A stretch of DNA of 63,474 nucleotides, counting the filler, from Octopus bimaculoides (Eukaryota), in the NCBI RefSeq assembly GCF_001194135.2. It is 6 parts of 6 records of this genome, joined end to end, with 100 filler letters (N's around TTAATTAATTAA, not from the genome) between each part and the next. Parts side by side here need not be neighbours in the genome. Positions count along the whole stretch, not along the records: positions 1 to 27,354 come from NC_068988.1; 5 more parts are not named here. One strand, 5' to 3'. Below are positions 10,864 to 22,329 of this stretch, piece after piece. Made by a program: the position numbers and the translations under genes. Numbering within the stretch: position 1 is the stretch's first letter; every line of letters starts with the position of its first letter. A model generated the notes under the pieces. It saw nothing but the letters and a program-made list of their open reading frames with translations, was not told the DNA's origin and searched no databases.

Positions 10864-11845
10864 TCATCATCGTCGTCGTTTAACGACCGCCCGATGATTG
10901 AAGGGTGCTTTTAAACGGGCCAGTTATGCGACACTGGCCGATCACACTTGGCTTGCCGGGTCTTCTCAAACATGGCATGTCTCCAAAGGTCTCGGTCGTT
11001 TGTCATTGCCACTATGAGGCCTGTCTCTGTGAGGCCCAACGTTCGAAGGTCCCATGTCTTGCTGAGCTATCTCTTTCACAGGTTCCCTCCACTGTTAGGG
11101 TGTGACACTTCTTCACACAGCTCTCCTCATCTATACGTATCACATGACCCTACCAGCGCAATCGTCTCTCTTGCACACCACATCTAATGTTTTTTATGTC
11201 CAAATGATCTCTCAGGATATTACACTGACATTACACATCCAGCGGAGCATACTAATACTAACTTCATTTCTTTCAAGCCAACGCATGTCCTCAGCAGTCA
11301 CAGCCCATATTTCAATGCCGTGTAACATGGCTTTTCGCACACATGCATCATACAGTCTACCTTTCAGTCTGAGCGAGAGGCCCTTTGTTATCAGCAGAGG
11401 CTGGAGCTCTCTGAACTTTGCCCAGCCTATTCTTATTCTAATAGCTACGCTCTCAGAGCATCCACCCCCGCTACTGACTTGGTCCCCTAGTTAACGGAAG
11501 CTATCAACTACTTCTAGTTTTTCCCCCTGGCATATGATGGAATCTGTTTTCTGTACATTTTCGGTGTTTACTGCACCTATGCATATCCACACACAAAAGT
11601 TATCTTCTCAGTTAACCTTCCTTTGACATTATTGCATCTCTTATGTGTCCATAGCTTACACCGAGTACATCTTATGGAGTTTCTACCTACGCCTTTTCTA
11701 CAGATCGAGCAGAGCCATCTACCTAAAAGGATTTGTGATTTGTCCGCCTTCCTGCTTCCTAGGCTTTGGTTTTTGCTAGGTCAACTCTAAGGCCCTTCGA
11801 TTGTAGACCTTGTTTCTACAACTGAAACTTCTATAGTTCTGGTTG
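10861..11845 (-). mobile_element. RTE (BovB-like) LINE, 5'-truncated, with short-repeat 3' tail
   Basis: Minus translation gives LEVVDSFR.LGDQVSSGGGCSESVAIRIRIGWAKFRELQPLL...LRLKGRLYDACVRKAMLHG.EIWAV...ERRLRW.GHVIR. The 3' end has a (GAC/GAT)n tail at 10862-10878. Confidence 0.9.
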
Positions 11846-11861
11846 TGACTCATATAAATAC

Positions 11862-11892
<31 letters not shown>

Positions 11893-14105
11893 TGTATGTA
11901 TGTATGTATGTATATATATATGTAGGAGAGTATGGAATGCTTGAAGCATTATGTATTGTTTGTAAAGAATAAAAAGTTTTGAATGGTACAACAATGCACT
12001 ATAATACAAAAAATGGACTATATGCCTGTTGTAATTTAGGTAACCATAGTCCGGTGATATTTCGGAATACAATTCCTTCTTCAGGTATTCTTAGATGGAG
12101 TCGCTGCTTTTATGTGTATTATATAGGTCGGACACCAGTTTTTCTATGTTGGTTGTTTATCACAACAACAGGTCGTTGAAATGTGAGATATACTATATCT
12201 TTATTTATAATGTTTTCATTCGTAATTCATAATGAATTTTATTGTTTATTAATTGAAAGCTATAATGATAATTTTCGTTACTTATAACTTAATTATAAGT
12301 ATTTATCACTAAGCATAACTCTTAGTTTAGTTTAGTTTAGTTTAGGCTGCGTTATGATGTTTACATGATAAGACGCTGATATGAGCGTTTATCATGTGTA
12401 CGTATGTTGAAGATATAGATTATATTTTTTTGACCGTTACACATAAAAAAATACAGTTTCATTAATATACAGAAATAAATTCAACAAGTTGAAAGAAACG
12501 AGAAGTAAAAGGAATTAAGTTTCTACATAAATTTATTATATACATATTTTTACATTTATAGAAATTTAGAACAAAGCATTTCATCGTAGAGAATTTACGA
12601 CTTAAAATTATCATTAACTAGTTTCTCATTCTAACTAATAAGATTTCACGACAATTCAATATTGTCGGATTTGAGTATTGAACATGGCATATATATTTGC
12701 CTTATACTCAAAAGTGTGAGTGTCGTGGACTTTAGTAACATCCAACAAACACTGGAGATTTTGCCGAAAATCAGGGTTTTTATAACTACTCATACACGAA
12801 TCATAGAACCGTAACCCCGTGAAAGATTTCTTCAACGAAGTTCATAATTCGTATATGGGCAGTAATTTTTAACCAATGAGAAATCAATAATTTCTCATGT
12901 TCGGGCAAACGAACTTACGTTCTCTCTCCGCCTCTATTGAGTTTGCTACACTGCTATAATCCGTTTTCCAACGGCTTTTGTTTTTTCGAAAGCGTCTCAG
13001 CAGTGGACGCTTCTGAAAAAAGAAAAGCCGTTAGAAAACTGATTATAGNNNNNNNNNNNNNNNNNNNNNNNNNNNNNNNNNNNNNNNNNNNNNNNNNNNN
13101 NNNNNNNNNNNNNNNNNNNNNNNNNNNNNNNNNNNNNNNNNNNNNNNNNNNNNNNNNNNNNNNNNNNNNNNNNNNNNNNNNNNNNNNNNNNNNNNNNNNN
13201 NNNNNNNNNNNNNNNNNNNNNNNNNNNNNNNNNNNNNNNNNNNNNNNNNNNNNNNNNNNNNNNNNNNNNNNNNNNNNNNNNNNNNNNNNNNNNNNNNNNN
13301 NNNNNNNNNNNNNNNNNNNNNNNNNNNNNNNNNNNNNNNNNNNNNNNNNNNNNNNNNNNNNNNNNNNNNNNNNNNNNNNNNNNNNNNNNNNNNNNNNNNN
13401 NNNNNNNNNNNNNNNNNNNNNNNNNNNNNNNNNNNNNNNNNNNNNNNNNNNNNNNNNNNNNNNNNNNNNNNNNNNNNNNNNNNNNNNNNNNNNNNNNNNN
13501 NNNNNNNNNNNNNNNNNNNNNNNNNNNNNNNNNNNNNNNNNNNNNNNNNNNNNNNNNNNNNNNNNNNNNNNNNNNNNNNNNNNNNNNNNNNNNNNNNNNN
13601 NNNNNNNNNNNNNNNNNNNNNNNNNNNNNNNNNNNNNNNNNNNNNNNNNNNNNNNNNNNNNNNNNNNNNNNNNNNNNNNNNNNNNNNNNNNNNNNNNNNN
13701 NNNNNNNNNNNNNNNNNNNNNNNNNNNNNNNNNNNNNNNNNNNNNNNNNNNNNNNNNNNNNNNNNNNNNNNNNNNNNNNNNNNNNNNNNNNNNNNNNNNN
13801 NNNNNNNNNNNNNNNNNNNNNNNNNNNNNNNNNNNNNNNNNNNNNNNNNNNNNNNNNNNNNNNNNNNNNNNNNNNNNNNNNNNNNNNNNNNNNNNNNNNN
13901 NNNNNNNNNNNNNNNNNNNNNNNNNNNNNNNNNNNNNNNNNNNNNNNNNNNNNNNNNNNNNNNNNNNNNNNATATAATTGTGTAAAGTACTAATATGGAA
14001 GATTTTTCGATATTAGTACTTTTGAAATTCCAGTTGTCACTATAGATGTTTCCATCTTTTCGATATAGGAGAAAAATTTTAACACTATAAAGAAAATGGA
14101 GATAC

Positions 14106-14398
14106 ATTTATTATAATAATCAATTCCTGTTACCTACGCGCGCTTCGGTTTATTACTTAAATCTATATTTATGTAATTAAATTGCATTATGAGTTCGAAA
14201 AGCAAAAACCTTCTTCAGGGCAAAAATTGACTGTTATCAAAGTAACTGTTATCAATTTTTACCTTGATAACAATCAATTTCTGTCCAGCTGAAAGTTTTT
14301 GATTTTGAAATTCATAATGCAATTTAATTGCATAAATATGGATTTAGGTAATAAACCGAAACGCGTGTAGCCAACATGAATTAAATATTATAATAAAT
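14106..14398. mobile_element. Foldback element (arms 14106-14240 and 14264-14398) with a hammerhead motif in each arm, directly upstream of a 5'-truncated PLE
   Basis: The arms are reverse complements at roughly 85% identity, for example TTACCTACGCGCGCTTCGGTTTATTAC versus GTAATAAACCGAAACGCGTGTAG. Confidence 0.9.
14130..14223 (-). ncRNA. Type-I hammerhead with long helix II insert (A15.1 to G variant)
   Basis: TTGCC|CTGAAGA|A-GGTTT...about 55 nt...AAACC|GAA|GCGCGCGT|A|GGTAA. The opposite arm keeps GAAACGCGTGTA but has a deletion in CUGAAGA. Confidence 0.72.
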
Positions 14399-14435
14399 AT
14401 AATGATTATTCTGTGTGTGCATTTTCCATTTCCTT

Positions 14436-15925
14436 AGACTAAGTCTATTTATGGACATCCTCCTAAAACCCTTCCTTAAACACATCAATAGCCATATCAG
14501 AGATTACTTGGATAAGTTAAATCACTTCCCAAAAAAAGTCAAGGAAGATATAATCATGGTTTCATTTGACGTGATTAATTTATATACCAGTATACCTCAT
14601 AATTATGGGCTAGAAGCAATTCAGTTCTGGCTGGACCAATTCCCGGAAGAAATTGCAAACAGGATCAGTAAAGAATTCATAACAAAATCGGTTGAATTCA
14701 TCTAACGAAACAACCACTTCATATTTGACAATACGTTTTACCGACACAAATCCGGAATTGCTATGGGCACTAGGGCAGCCCCAGTCATTGCGAACCTAAC
14801 AATGGGGTGCCTGGAAGTAATAATATATCAGAAATCTTTATCTACCTTTGGAAATCCCCTTTCCCATTACATAAAAGAAAATTGGAAAAGATTCTTACAC
14901 GACTGTTTCATACTATGGAATGAAAACACAGATAAACTCCTGAAATTCAAAAGACTATTGAATAGCGTCAACCCAAACATACAGTTCACAATGGAGTACA
15001 ACCAAAAGGAGTTCCCATTCTTGGATATACTAATTAAAAAAATAAACCTAAATATAGAAACGGACATATTTTACAAAACCACAGACGCCAAACAATATCT
15101 ACTATTTGATTCATGCCACCCAAAACACACCAAAACAAACATCCCCTTCAACCTTGCAAGAAGGATATGCACAATAGTGTCAGAACAAAATACCAGAGAC
15201 TTTAGACTGCAAGAACTCAAAAATACCCTAATTGACAGACACTACCCAGTTCAACTCATAGACGATGGAATCAGACGTGCATCACATATCGACATAGAAA
15301 ACTTAAGAAAAGTTCAACACATCAACACACCTCCCCCAAAAATACTGCCGTACATATTCACATACAACCCCAGAAACAAATAAGCCTTCACCATCATCAC
15401 CCAAAATTCACCAATGCTACATAAGGACCCCAGATTAAAGGAAATTTTACACACACATAAAATCATTAAAAGCTACAAACAACCGAAATCACTAAAAAAG
15501 ATCCTCACAAAGGCAAAATCATTTTCCAACATAACAGATGCAAAAGTGAAAAAATGTGGTCGACCAAATTGCGCAACATGCCCAAACCTTCTAGAAGGAT
15601 CAGAATTCCTTTTCAAAGAGGGACAAAAATTCAAAATCAAATCTGACTTTACTTGTGCTTCAGAAAACCTGATTTATGTCATAAGATGCTCGAGCTGTCA
15701 CTAAAACTACATAGGGTCCACAGGAATATCGCTCAGACCCAGATGCACGATTGCATTCCCAGAATACAGAACGATACCCTTTAGTGAACATATTGAGGCA
15801 TACGCAAAACAAATGCTACCACAATTTGTAATCTTTCCATTCTATCAATGTGCCATTAGAACACCAACACAAATTAGATTAAATAAGGAAACCTTCATTC
15901 AAAAATATAAGCCAAAATTTAACCA
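14436..15925 (+). mobile_element. Penelope-like retroelement, 5'-truncated RT plus GIY-YIG, decayed
   Basis: ORFs 14415, 14763 and 15414 lie in one frame separated by in-frame stops. Motifs: SFDVINLYTSIPH, GIAMGTRAAPVIANL, WKRFLHDCF, FPFLDI, HPKHTKTNIPFNLARRI, KKCGRPNCATC, NLIYVIRCSSC..YIGSTG. Confidence 0.94.
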
Positions 15926-16681
15926 TTTCTAACATTTTTAAATAGGGAAACTCACCTCATTGAAAAAAATATATAAAGCAAAACCTAACCACTTATAACA
16001 TTCTATTCCTTCTAAACCAAATCATGTTAAATTAATTAATCCTAGTCATCCCCAACATTTTTGCCTATCTCCCTTACACCGGAAAAAATCCCTGATTACC
16101 TTCCCCTATCTAGAACTCCATATTTTACACCATAGCGAAGATATGATACGATATAGGTAAAGAAATTTGAGAAATTTGAAAAGAAAATACGAAACCGATT
16201 ATTTCTCCAAAAACAATGTTACTATACTCAAAATTTTATAACATTTTTCTAACATAGCGATTTAAATATATACTTCAACCATATAACACAAGCCTTCTGT
16301 AGTTTTTNNNNNNNNNNNNNNNNNNNNNNNNNNNNNNNNNNNNNNNNNNNNNNNNNNNNNNNNNNNNNNNNNNNNNNNNNNNNNNNNNNNNNNNNNNNNN
16401 NNNNNNNNNNNNNNNNNNNNNNNNNNNNNNNNNNNNNNNNNNNNNNNNNNNNNNNNNNNNNNNNNNNNNNNNNNNNNNNNNNNNNNNNNNNNNNNNNNNN
16501 NNNNNNNNNNNNNNNNNNNNNNNNNNNNNNNNNNNNNNNNNNNNNNNNNNNNNNNNNNNNNNNNNNNNNNNNNNNNNNNNNNNNNNNNNNNNNNNNNNNN
16601 NNNNNNNNNNNNNNNNNNNNNNNNNNNNNNNNNNNNNNNNNNNNNNNNNNNNNNNNNNNNNNNNNNNNNNNNNNNNNNNNN

Positions 16682-17080
16682 AGTAAACAACATGAAATAC
16701 GAAAACAAATGAATTCACTACGCAAACAACGAGAGAAACAAATGGAAAACAGGACAAGTACATAAAGAACCACCCTTCAGCAGTTGTCAGCTGTCTACAC
16801 CTCATTTCGAGCATTGAACGACAATATGAGTCTTCGAAGCCAGTTGCTCCCATAAGTACCAAACTAAAATTTGGAATTAATGGAGGGTCAAAGTTGGGGA
16901 CAGAAACAGGGGTGCTGGAGACATAAAGAAACCGAACGAAAACAAACATGGAGGGTCGTTAGACCAGAATGAGGGTAAAATAGCGAACGCTGGAGAATAT
17001 TTTCTTTAACAAGAGAAAAGATAGAAGAGACAAATAGGATACGTTCAGTCCTTAGGACAGCCCTGAAAGAAAAGAAAAAT
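16682..17080. repeat. Interspersed non-coding repeat family X (also 28285-28680; related inverted copies 18505-18965 and 19668-19896)
   Basis: Shared blocks GAAAACAGGACAAGTA, CCCTTCA(G/T)CAGTTGT, GACAATATGAGTCTTC, GGTCAAAGTTGG, GAAACCGA.CGAAAACAAACATG. Confidence 0.85.
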
Positions 17081-17189
17081 GTTCTAACATTTTTCTAACA
17101 TAACGATTTAAATATATATTTTAACCATATAACACAAACCTTCTGTAGTTTTTTCACTCTTTTTAATCTTCTATGCATATATATATATT

Positions 17190-17720
17190 CAGAAAACATC
17201 TAGACAGATGCCGGAACACTGACAAAAGCATAACAGTCACAATTGAGGCCAATGAAAGAAATTTGGGTAATTTAAGAATTAAGGAAGCTTTACTCATACA
17301 CAGACTAAGACCCCAAATTAACAACAGGATGGAAGTTGGTAATCAATATATTATTTAGCTACATCTGAATGTATGTACGTTCATTCTTAATAACATGCTC
17401 ATGTGTCGTTTATAACAAAAAAAAAAGAAGGGCAAAAAAGAGAGAGAAGCTACACGTATAACACATAACTTAGAAGCAGTGCCACAGATGTACCAACACA
17501 CACGAGATTGAAACATAGCCGACCTCAAGCACTTCTCATGAGGAATTCCGGATGAAGCTTCGTGAAACCACTACTAAGACGCTTCCGAAAAAAAGAAAAC
17601 CATTGGAAAACAGTTTATAGCAGAGACTCCAGCTAAGAAGATCTGAAGAAGGAATTGTAATTCCGAAATATCATCGGACTATAGATAACCAAATTACAAC
17701 AGGTATATAGTCCATTTTTT
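17190..17720 (+). mobile_element. 3' fragment of another PLE: end of GIY-YIG domain plus 3' UTR with hammerhead
   Basis: LRIKEALLIHRLRPQINNR matches the typical PLE endonuclease C-terminus (IKExLxI...P.LN); a hammerhead lies about 290 bp downstream. Confidence 0.72.
17640..17675 (+). ncRNA. Minimal type-I hammerhead ribozyme, intact core
   Basis: GAT|CTGAAGA|A-GGAAT-TGTA-ATTCC|GAA|ATAT|C|ATC. Helix II is a perfect 5 bp, helix III is a 4-nt palindrome, and predicted cleavage is AUC after 17672. Stem I is only 3 bp. Confidence 0.78.
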
Positions 17721-17829
17721 GTTTTATAGTGCATTGTTGTACCATTCTAAACTTTTTATTCTTTACAAACAATACACAATGCTTCAAGCGAACTACAATA
17801 CTCTCATATATATATACATACATATATAC

Positions 17830-17860
<31 letters not shown>

Positions 17861-17959
17861 CATTCAATTAGAGATTAAATTAGCCTCATTAAGGGAATAA
17901 TAATAACATTCATAAGATGATAGATTTATATATAAACCATGGTTGATAATCATTCAACA

Positions 17960-18358
17960 GAAAAGTAAGAACATGGGGATATAGCATTTAGTGAAAATTT
18001 ATTATCTGCAAAAATCAAACATAATCACTTACAGCTGTTTCAGTTAAACCTAAAAGATTAAAATGGCAATTATTAAAACTATTATATTAGGCAAAACCTC
18101 ATCAGAGGTAGAAAAAAGATATACCGTTAGGTTTTTAGGTGTTGTATCTTAGAATCATCGCTGCAATGATACGAACATACAACATTTAAAAACCTAACGG
18201 TATATCTTTTTTCTACTCCACTGATGAGATTTTGCTTGGTTTTAATATTTGCTATTTTAATCGTTTAGGCTTAATTGAAACTGCTGTAAGTGACTATGTT
18301 TGATTTTTGCAGATAATAAATTTTCATTGAAAGCTATGTCTCCATTTTCTTACTTTTC
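17960..18358. mobile_element. About 400-bp foldback element with a hammerhead-like motif in each arm
   Basis: Arms about 17960-18147 and 18177-18358 are reverse complements at roughly 85% identity. The left arm (minus) reads CTGATGA-G...T-GAA-ACAGCTGT-A and the right arm (plus) reads CTGATGA-G...T-GAA-ACTGCTGT-A. Stem I is weak. Confidence 0.88.
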
Positions 18359-18504
18359 TTTTATATATATGTAAAAATTATAACATGTAAGCACGAGGAA
18401 TGTTCTGTATTGCCTCGTGCTTATATGTTAATCTTTGGCTTTCCTTAACAAAATTAGACAGACAAGAACACGTCTCCCTTGTTCCAGCTACAACGGAGAG
18501 AAGT

Positions 18505-18965
18505 CACTCTCTCTCCCACTATTCTATCCTATTACTCTGTAACTCTCTCTCCCTCACTCCTCCTCCCTTGCTCATGTGGCTCCCACGTGACCATCGGCCA
18601 TCTTTCTTTCTTCTCCTAACTTGTGTTTCTTTCTCTCCGTTGTAGCTGGAACAAGGAAGACGTGTTCTTGTCTGTCTCCTGTCCTAGCTTGATATACGCG
18701 CTCGCCACCACAACCTCGTTTAGGCCTAGCAGCCCTTCCTGTTTGTTTTCACTGTCCTGTTTGTGTTTCCAATTTTGACCCTCCGCAAAATCCCAAATTT
18801 TATTCAATTTGCTTTGCGGGAGCAGCTGTTTTATCGAAAGTGTATATTGTTGTTAAATGCTCGAAATACGAGAGTAGAAAAACAGCCAACAACTGATGAA
18901 GGGTCGTTTTTTATGTTGTTTGTCTTGTTTTCCATTTGTGTCTTACGTTGTTCGAAAAATAGTTC
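18505..18965. repeat. Family X-related repeat; its left half is duplicated at 19668-19896
   Basis: CTCCCACTATTCTATCCTATTACTCTGT...CCCACGTGACCATCGGCCATC...GACGTGTTCTTGTCTGTCTCCTGTCC occurs at both sites at more than 90% identity. Confidence 0.85.
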
Positions 18966-20747
18966 ATATTCCATGTACTCGTACTTCAAATTTTTTTGTA
19001 CACGTTTCGTGACGTCTTCTGCCCACATATGCATACATATATAAGTATAGATGTAAGCATGTACATATACGTATGTATNNNNNNNNNNNNNNNNNNNNNN
19101 NNNNNNNNNNNNNNNNNNNNNNNNNNNNNNNNNNNNNNNNNNNNNNNNNNNNNNNNNNNNNNNNNNNNNNNNNNNNNNNNNNNNNNNNNNNNNNNNNNNN
19201 NNNNNNNNNNNNNNNNNNNNNNNNNNNNNNNNNNNNNNNNNNNNNNNNNNNNNNNNNNNNNNNNNNNNNNNNNNNNNNNNNNNNNNNNNNNNNNNNNNNN
19301 NNNNNNNNNNNNNNNNNNNNNNNNNNNNNNNNNNNNNNNNNNNNNNNNNNNNNNNNNNNNNNNNNNNNNNNNNNNNNNNNNNNNNNNNNNNNNNNNNNNN
19401 NNNNNNNNNNNNNNNNNNNNNNNNNNNNNNNNNNNNNNNNNNNNNNNNNNNNNNNNNNNNNNNNNNNNNNNNNNNNNNNNNNNNNNNNNNNNNNNNNNNN
19501 NNNNNNNNNNNNNNNNNNNNNNNNNNNNNNNNNNNNNNNNATTATATGATTGAACGCCACGCATCTTCTTCCAAGTTTTATCTTCATAATTCTGATGCGC
19601 ACTCTATACGATCTTTTTACTCTTTCGTTTTTCTCTCTTTCTCTCTCTTATTCTTTTACCTCCTCTTCTCCCACTATTCTATCCTATTACTCTGTCACTC
19701 TCTCTCCCTCTATTCTACCTTATTACTCTGTCACTCTCTCTCCCTCACTCCTCCTCCCTGGCTTACGTGGCTCCCACGTGACCATCGGCCATCTTTCTTT
19801 CTTCTCCTAACTTGTGTTTCTTTCTCTCCGTTGTAGCTGGAACAAGGAAGACGTGTTCTTGTCTGTCTCCTGTCCAAGCTTGATTTACACGTTCGCNNNN
19901 NNNNNNNNNNNNNNNNNNNNNNNNNNNNNNNNNNNNNNNNNNNNNNNNNNNNNNNNNNNNNNNNNNNNNNNNNNNNNNNNNNNNNNNNNNNNNNNNNNNN
20001 NNNNNNNNNNNNNNNNNNNNNNNNNNNNNNNNNNNNNNNNNNNNNNNNNNNNNNNNNNNNNNNNNNNNNNNNNNNNNNNNNNNNNNNNNNNNNNNNNNNN
20101 NNNNNNNNNNNNNNNNNNNNNNNNNNNNNNNNNNNNNNNNNNNNNNNNNNNNNNNNNNNNNNNNNNNNNNNNNNNNNNNNNNNNNNNNNNNNNNNNNNNN
20201 NNNNNNNNNNNNNNNNNNNNNNNNNNNNNNNNNNNNNNNNNNNNNNNNNNNNNNNNNNNNNNNNNNNNNNNNNNNNNNNNNNNNNNNNNNNNNNNNNNNN
20301 NNNNNNNNNNNNNNNNNNNNNNNNNNNNNNNNNNNNNNNNNNNNNNNNNNNNNNNNNNNNNNNNNNNNNNNNNNNNNNNNNNNNNNNNNNNNNNNNNNNN
20401 NNNNNNNNNNNNNNNNNNNNNNNNNNNNNNNNNNNNNNNNNNNNNNNNNNNNNNNNNNNNNNNNNNNNNNNNNNNNNNNNNNNNNNNNNNNNNNNNNNNN
20501 NNNNNNNNNNNNNNNNNNNNNNNNNNNNNNNNNNNNNNNNNNNNNNNNNNNNNNNNNNNNNNNNNNNNNNNNNNNNNNNNNNNNNNNNNNNNNNNNNNNN
20601 NNNNNNNNNNNNNNNNNNNNNNNNNNNNNNNNNNNNNNNNNNNNNNNNNNNNNNNNNNNNNNNNNNNNNNNNNNNNNNNNNNNNNNNNNNNNNNNNNNNN
20701 NNNNNNNNNNNNNNNNNNNNNNNNNNNNNNNNNNNNNNNNNNNNNNC

Positions 20748-21236
20748 CCACATACCCCACCTCTGCCCCCACCCGTGATTTTCCCACTCTCGCCGCCTCC
20801 ACCTCCCAACACCATCACACCACGCTACACCATACCACACAACACATCACATCACAACACACCACCACTGACCAATTCCCATCCCCACATTTCCACACCT
20901 ACATACACACATGCATACGTTAAGATCACCAGCATTCTCTTACATTGTCTTACACACACGCACCTTCGTTTTGGGATCACTAATTTGTTATCTCCCCTTC
21001 TTCTTAACTCTCCTGTGTGACCCTTCTGTCCGGCATTCGCCTTGATAGATCACTGACCACTACACACATTTCTTTCTCTCTTTGTTTCTCTTCTTGTTTC
21101 TTTCTGTGTTCCTTTCTGTGGAAGAGTGTAGGCTCGAAACGTTAAAGACTTTTTCAATTCCCGAGCGTTATACTAATACATCTATTTGTTTTCTACACCA
21201 CCTGTCTTCGTCTGTTGTCTTTTTTTTTGTGAATTC
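20748..21236 (+). mobile_element. Probable 3' UTR of a C-rich PLE family, with a degenerate hammerhead at 21112-21147
   Basis: Pyrimidine-rich strand like the PLE at 50073. CTTT|CTGTGGA|A-GAG-TGTAGG-CTC|GAA|ACGT|T|AAAG has all stems paired but core A6 replaced by T. Confidence 0.62.
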
Positions 21237-22121
21237 NNNNNNNNNNNNNNNNNNNNNNNNNNNNNNNNNNNNNNNNNNNNNNNNNNNNNNNNNNNNNNNN
21301 NNNNNNNNNNNNNNNNNNNNNNNNNNNNNNNNNNNNNNNNNNNNNNNNNNNNNNNNNNNNNNNNNNNNNNNNNNNNNNNNNNNNNNNNNNNNNNNNNNNN
21401 NNNNNNNNNNNNNNNNNNNNNNNNNNNNNNNNNNNNNNNNNNNNNNNNNNNNNNNNNNNNNNNNNNNNNNNNNNNNNNNNNNNNNNNNNNNNNNNNNNNN
21501 NNNNNNNNNNNNNNNNNNNNNNNNNNNNNNNNNNNNNNNNNNNNNNNNNNNNNNNNNNNNNNNNNNNNNNNNNNNNNNNNNNNNNNNNNNNNNNNNNNNN
21601 NNNNNNNNNNNNNNNNNNNNNNNNNNNNNNNNNNNNNNNNNNNNNNNNNNNNNNCATAGAGTTATGACGGGTCAACGATATTATTCCATGGGCTTTAGGA
21701 ATAAGAACGCTAGTTTACATAGAAATATAAAGGGAGGGTGTTATTGATGTGATGCTAAAGGTTGAGGCCAAGGAGTTATTTGGGTGAGGGGAGATAATTA
21801 AAGTGAATGTTTACATATGTGTCTGTTAGCGTGCAGACACCTATGTACAAACACGTGCGTGTACAAACACGTGCGTGTACGCACATACATATGCGCACAC
21901 CCATGTATACATACCCACACACCCACATACACACACACACCCATACAGAAACCTCCACATGTACATATGTACATACACGCTCACCTATACATACGTACCT
22001 GTATATATACCTACATTCCTGTATATGTACAAACATGCAAATATCTACACCTGCACACACATACATACGCATACACGCATACACACATGCATGTATATAT
22101 GCATGTACACCTACATATGCG

Positions 22122-22194
<73 letters not shown>

Positions 22195-22329
22195 ATATAT
22201 ACACATATATAAACATACACATACATATATATATATATATATATATGCAAAATATGTTGGATACAGGTAGATATAAAGGTATGATAACTCAATTGTTCAA
22301 GAACCACTAAGATGCATTGGATAGTTGTG

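Noticed and set aside
17545-17600. CTCATGAGG...GGATGAAGCTTCGTGAAAC as a second PLE hammerhead
   Set aside because: The core is corrupted and no consistent set of three stems can be drawn.
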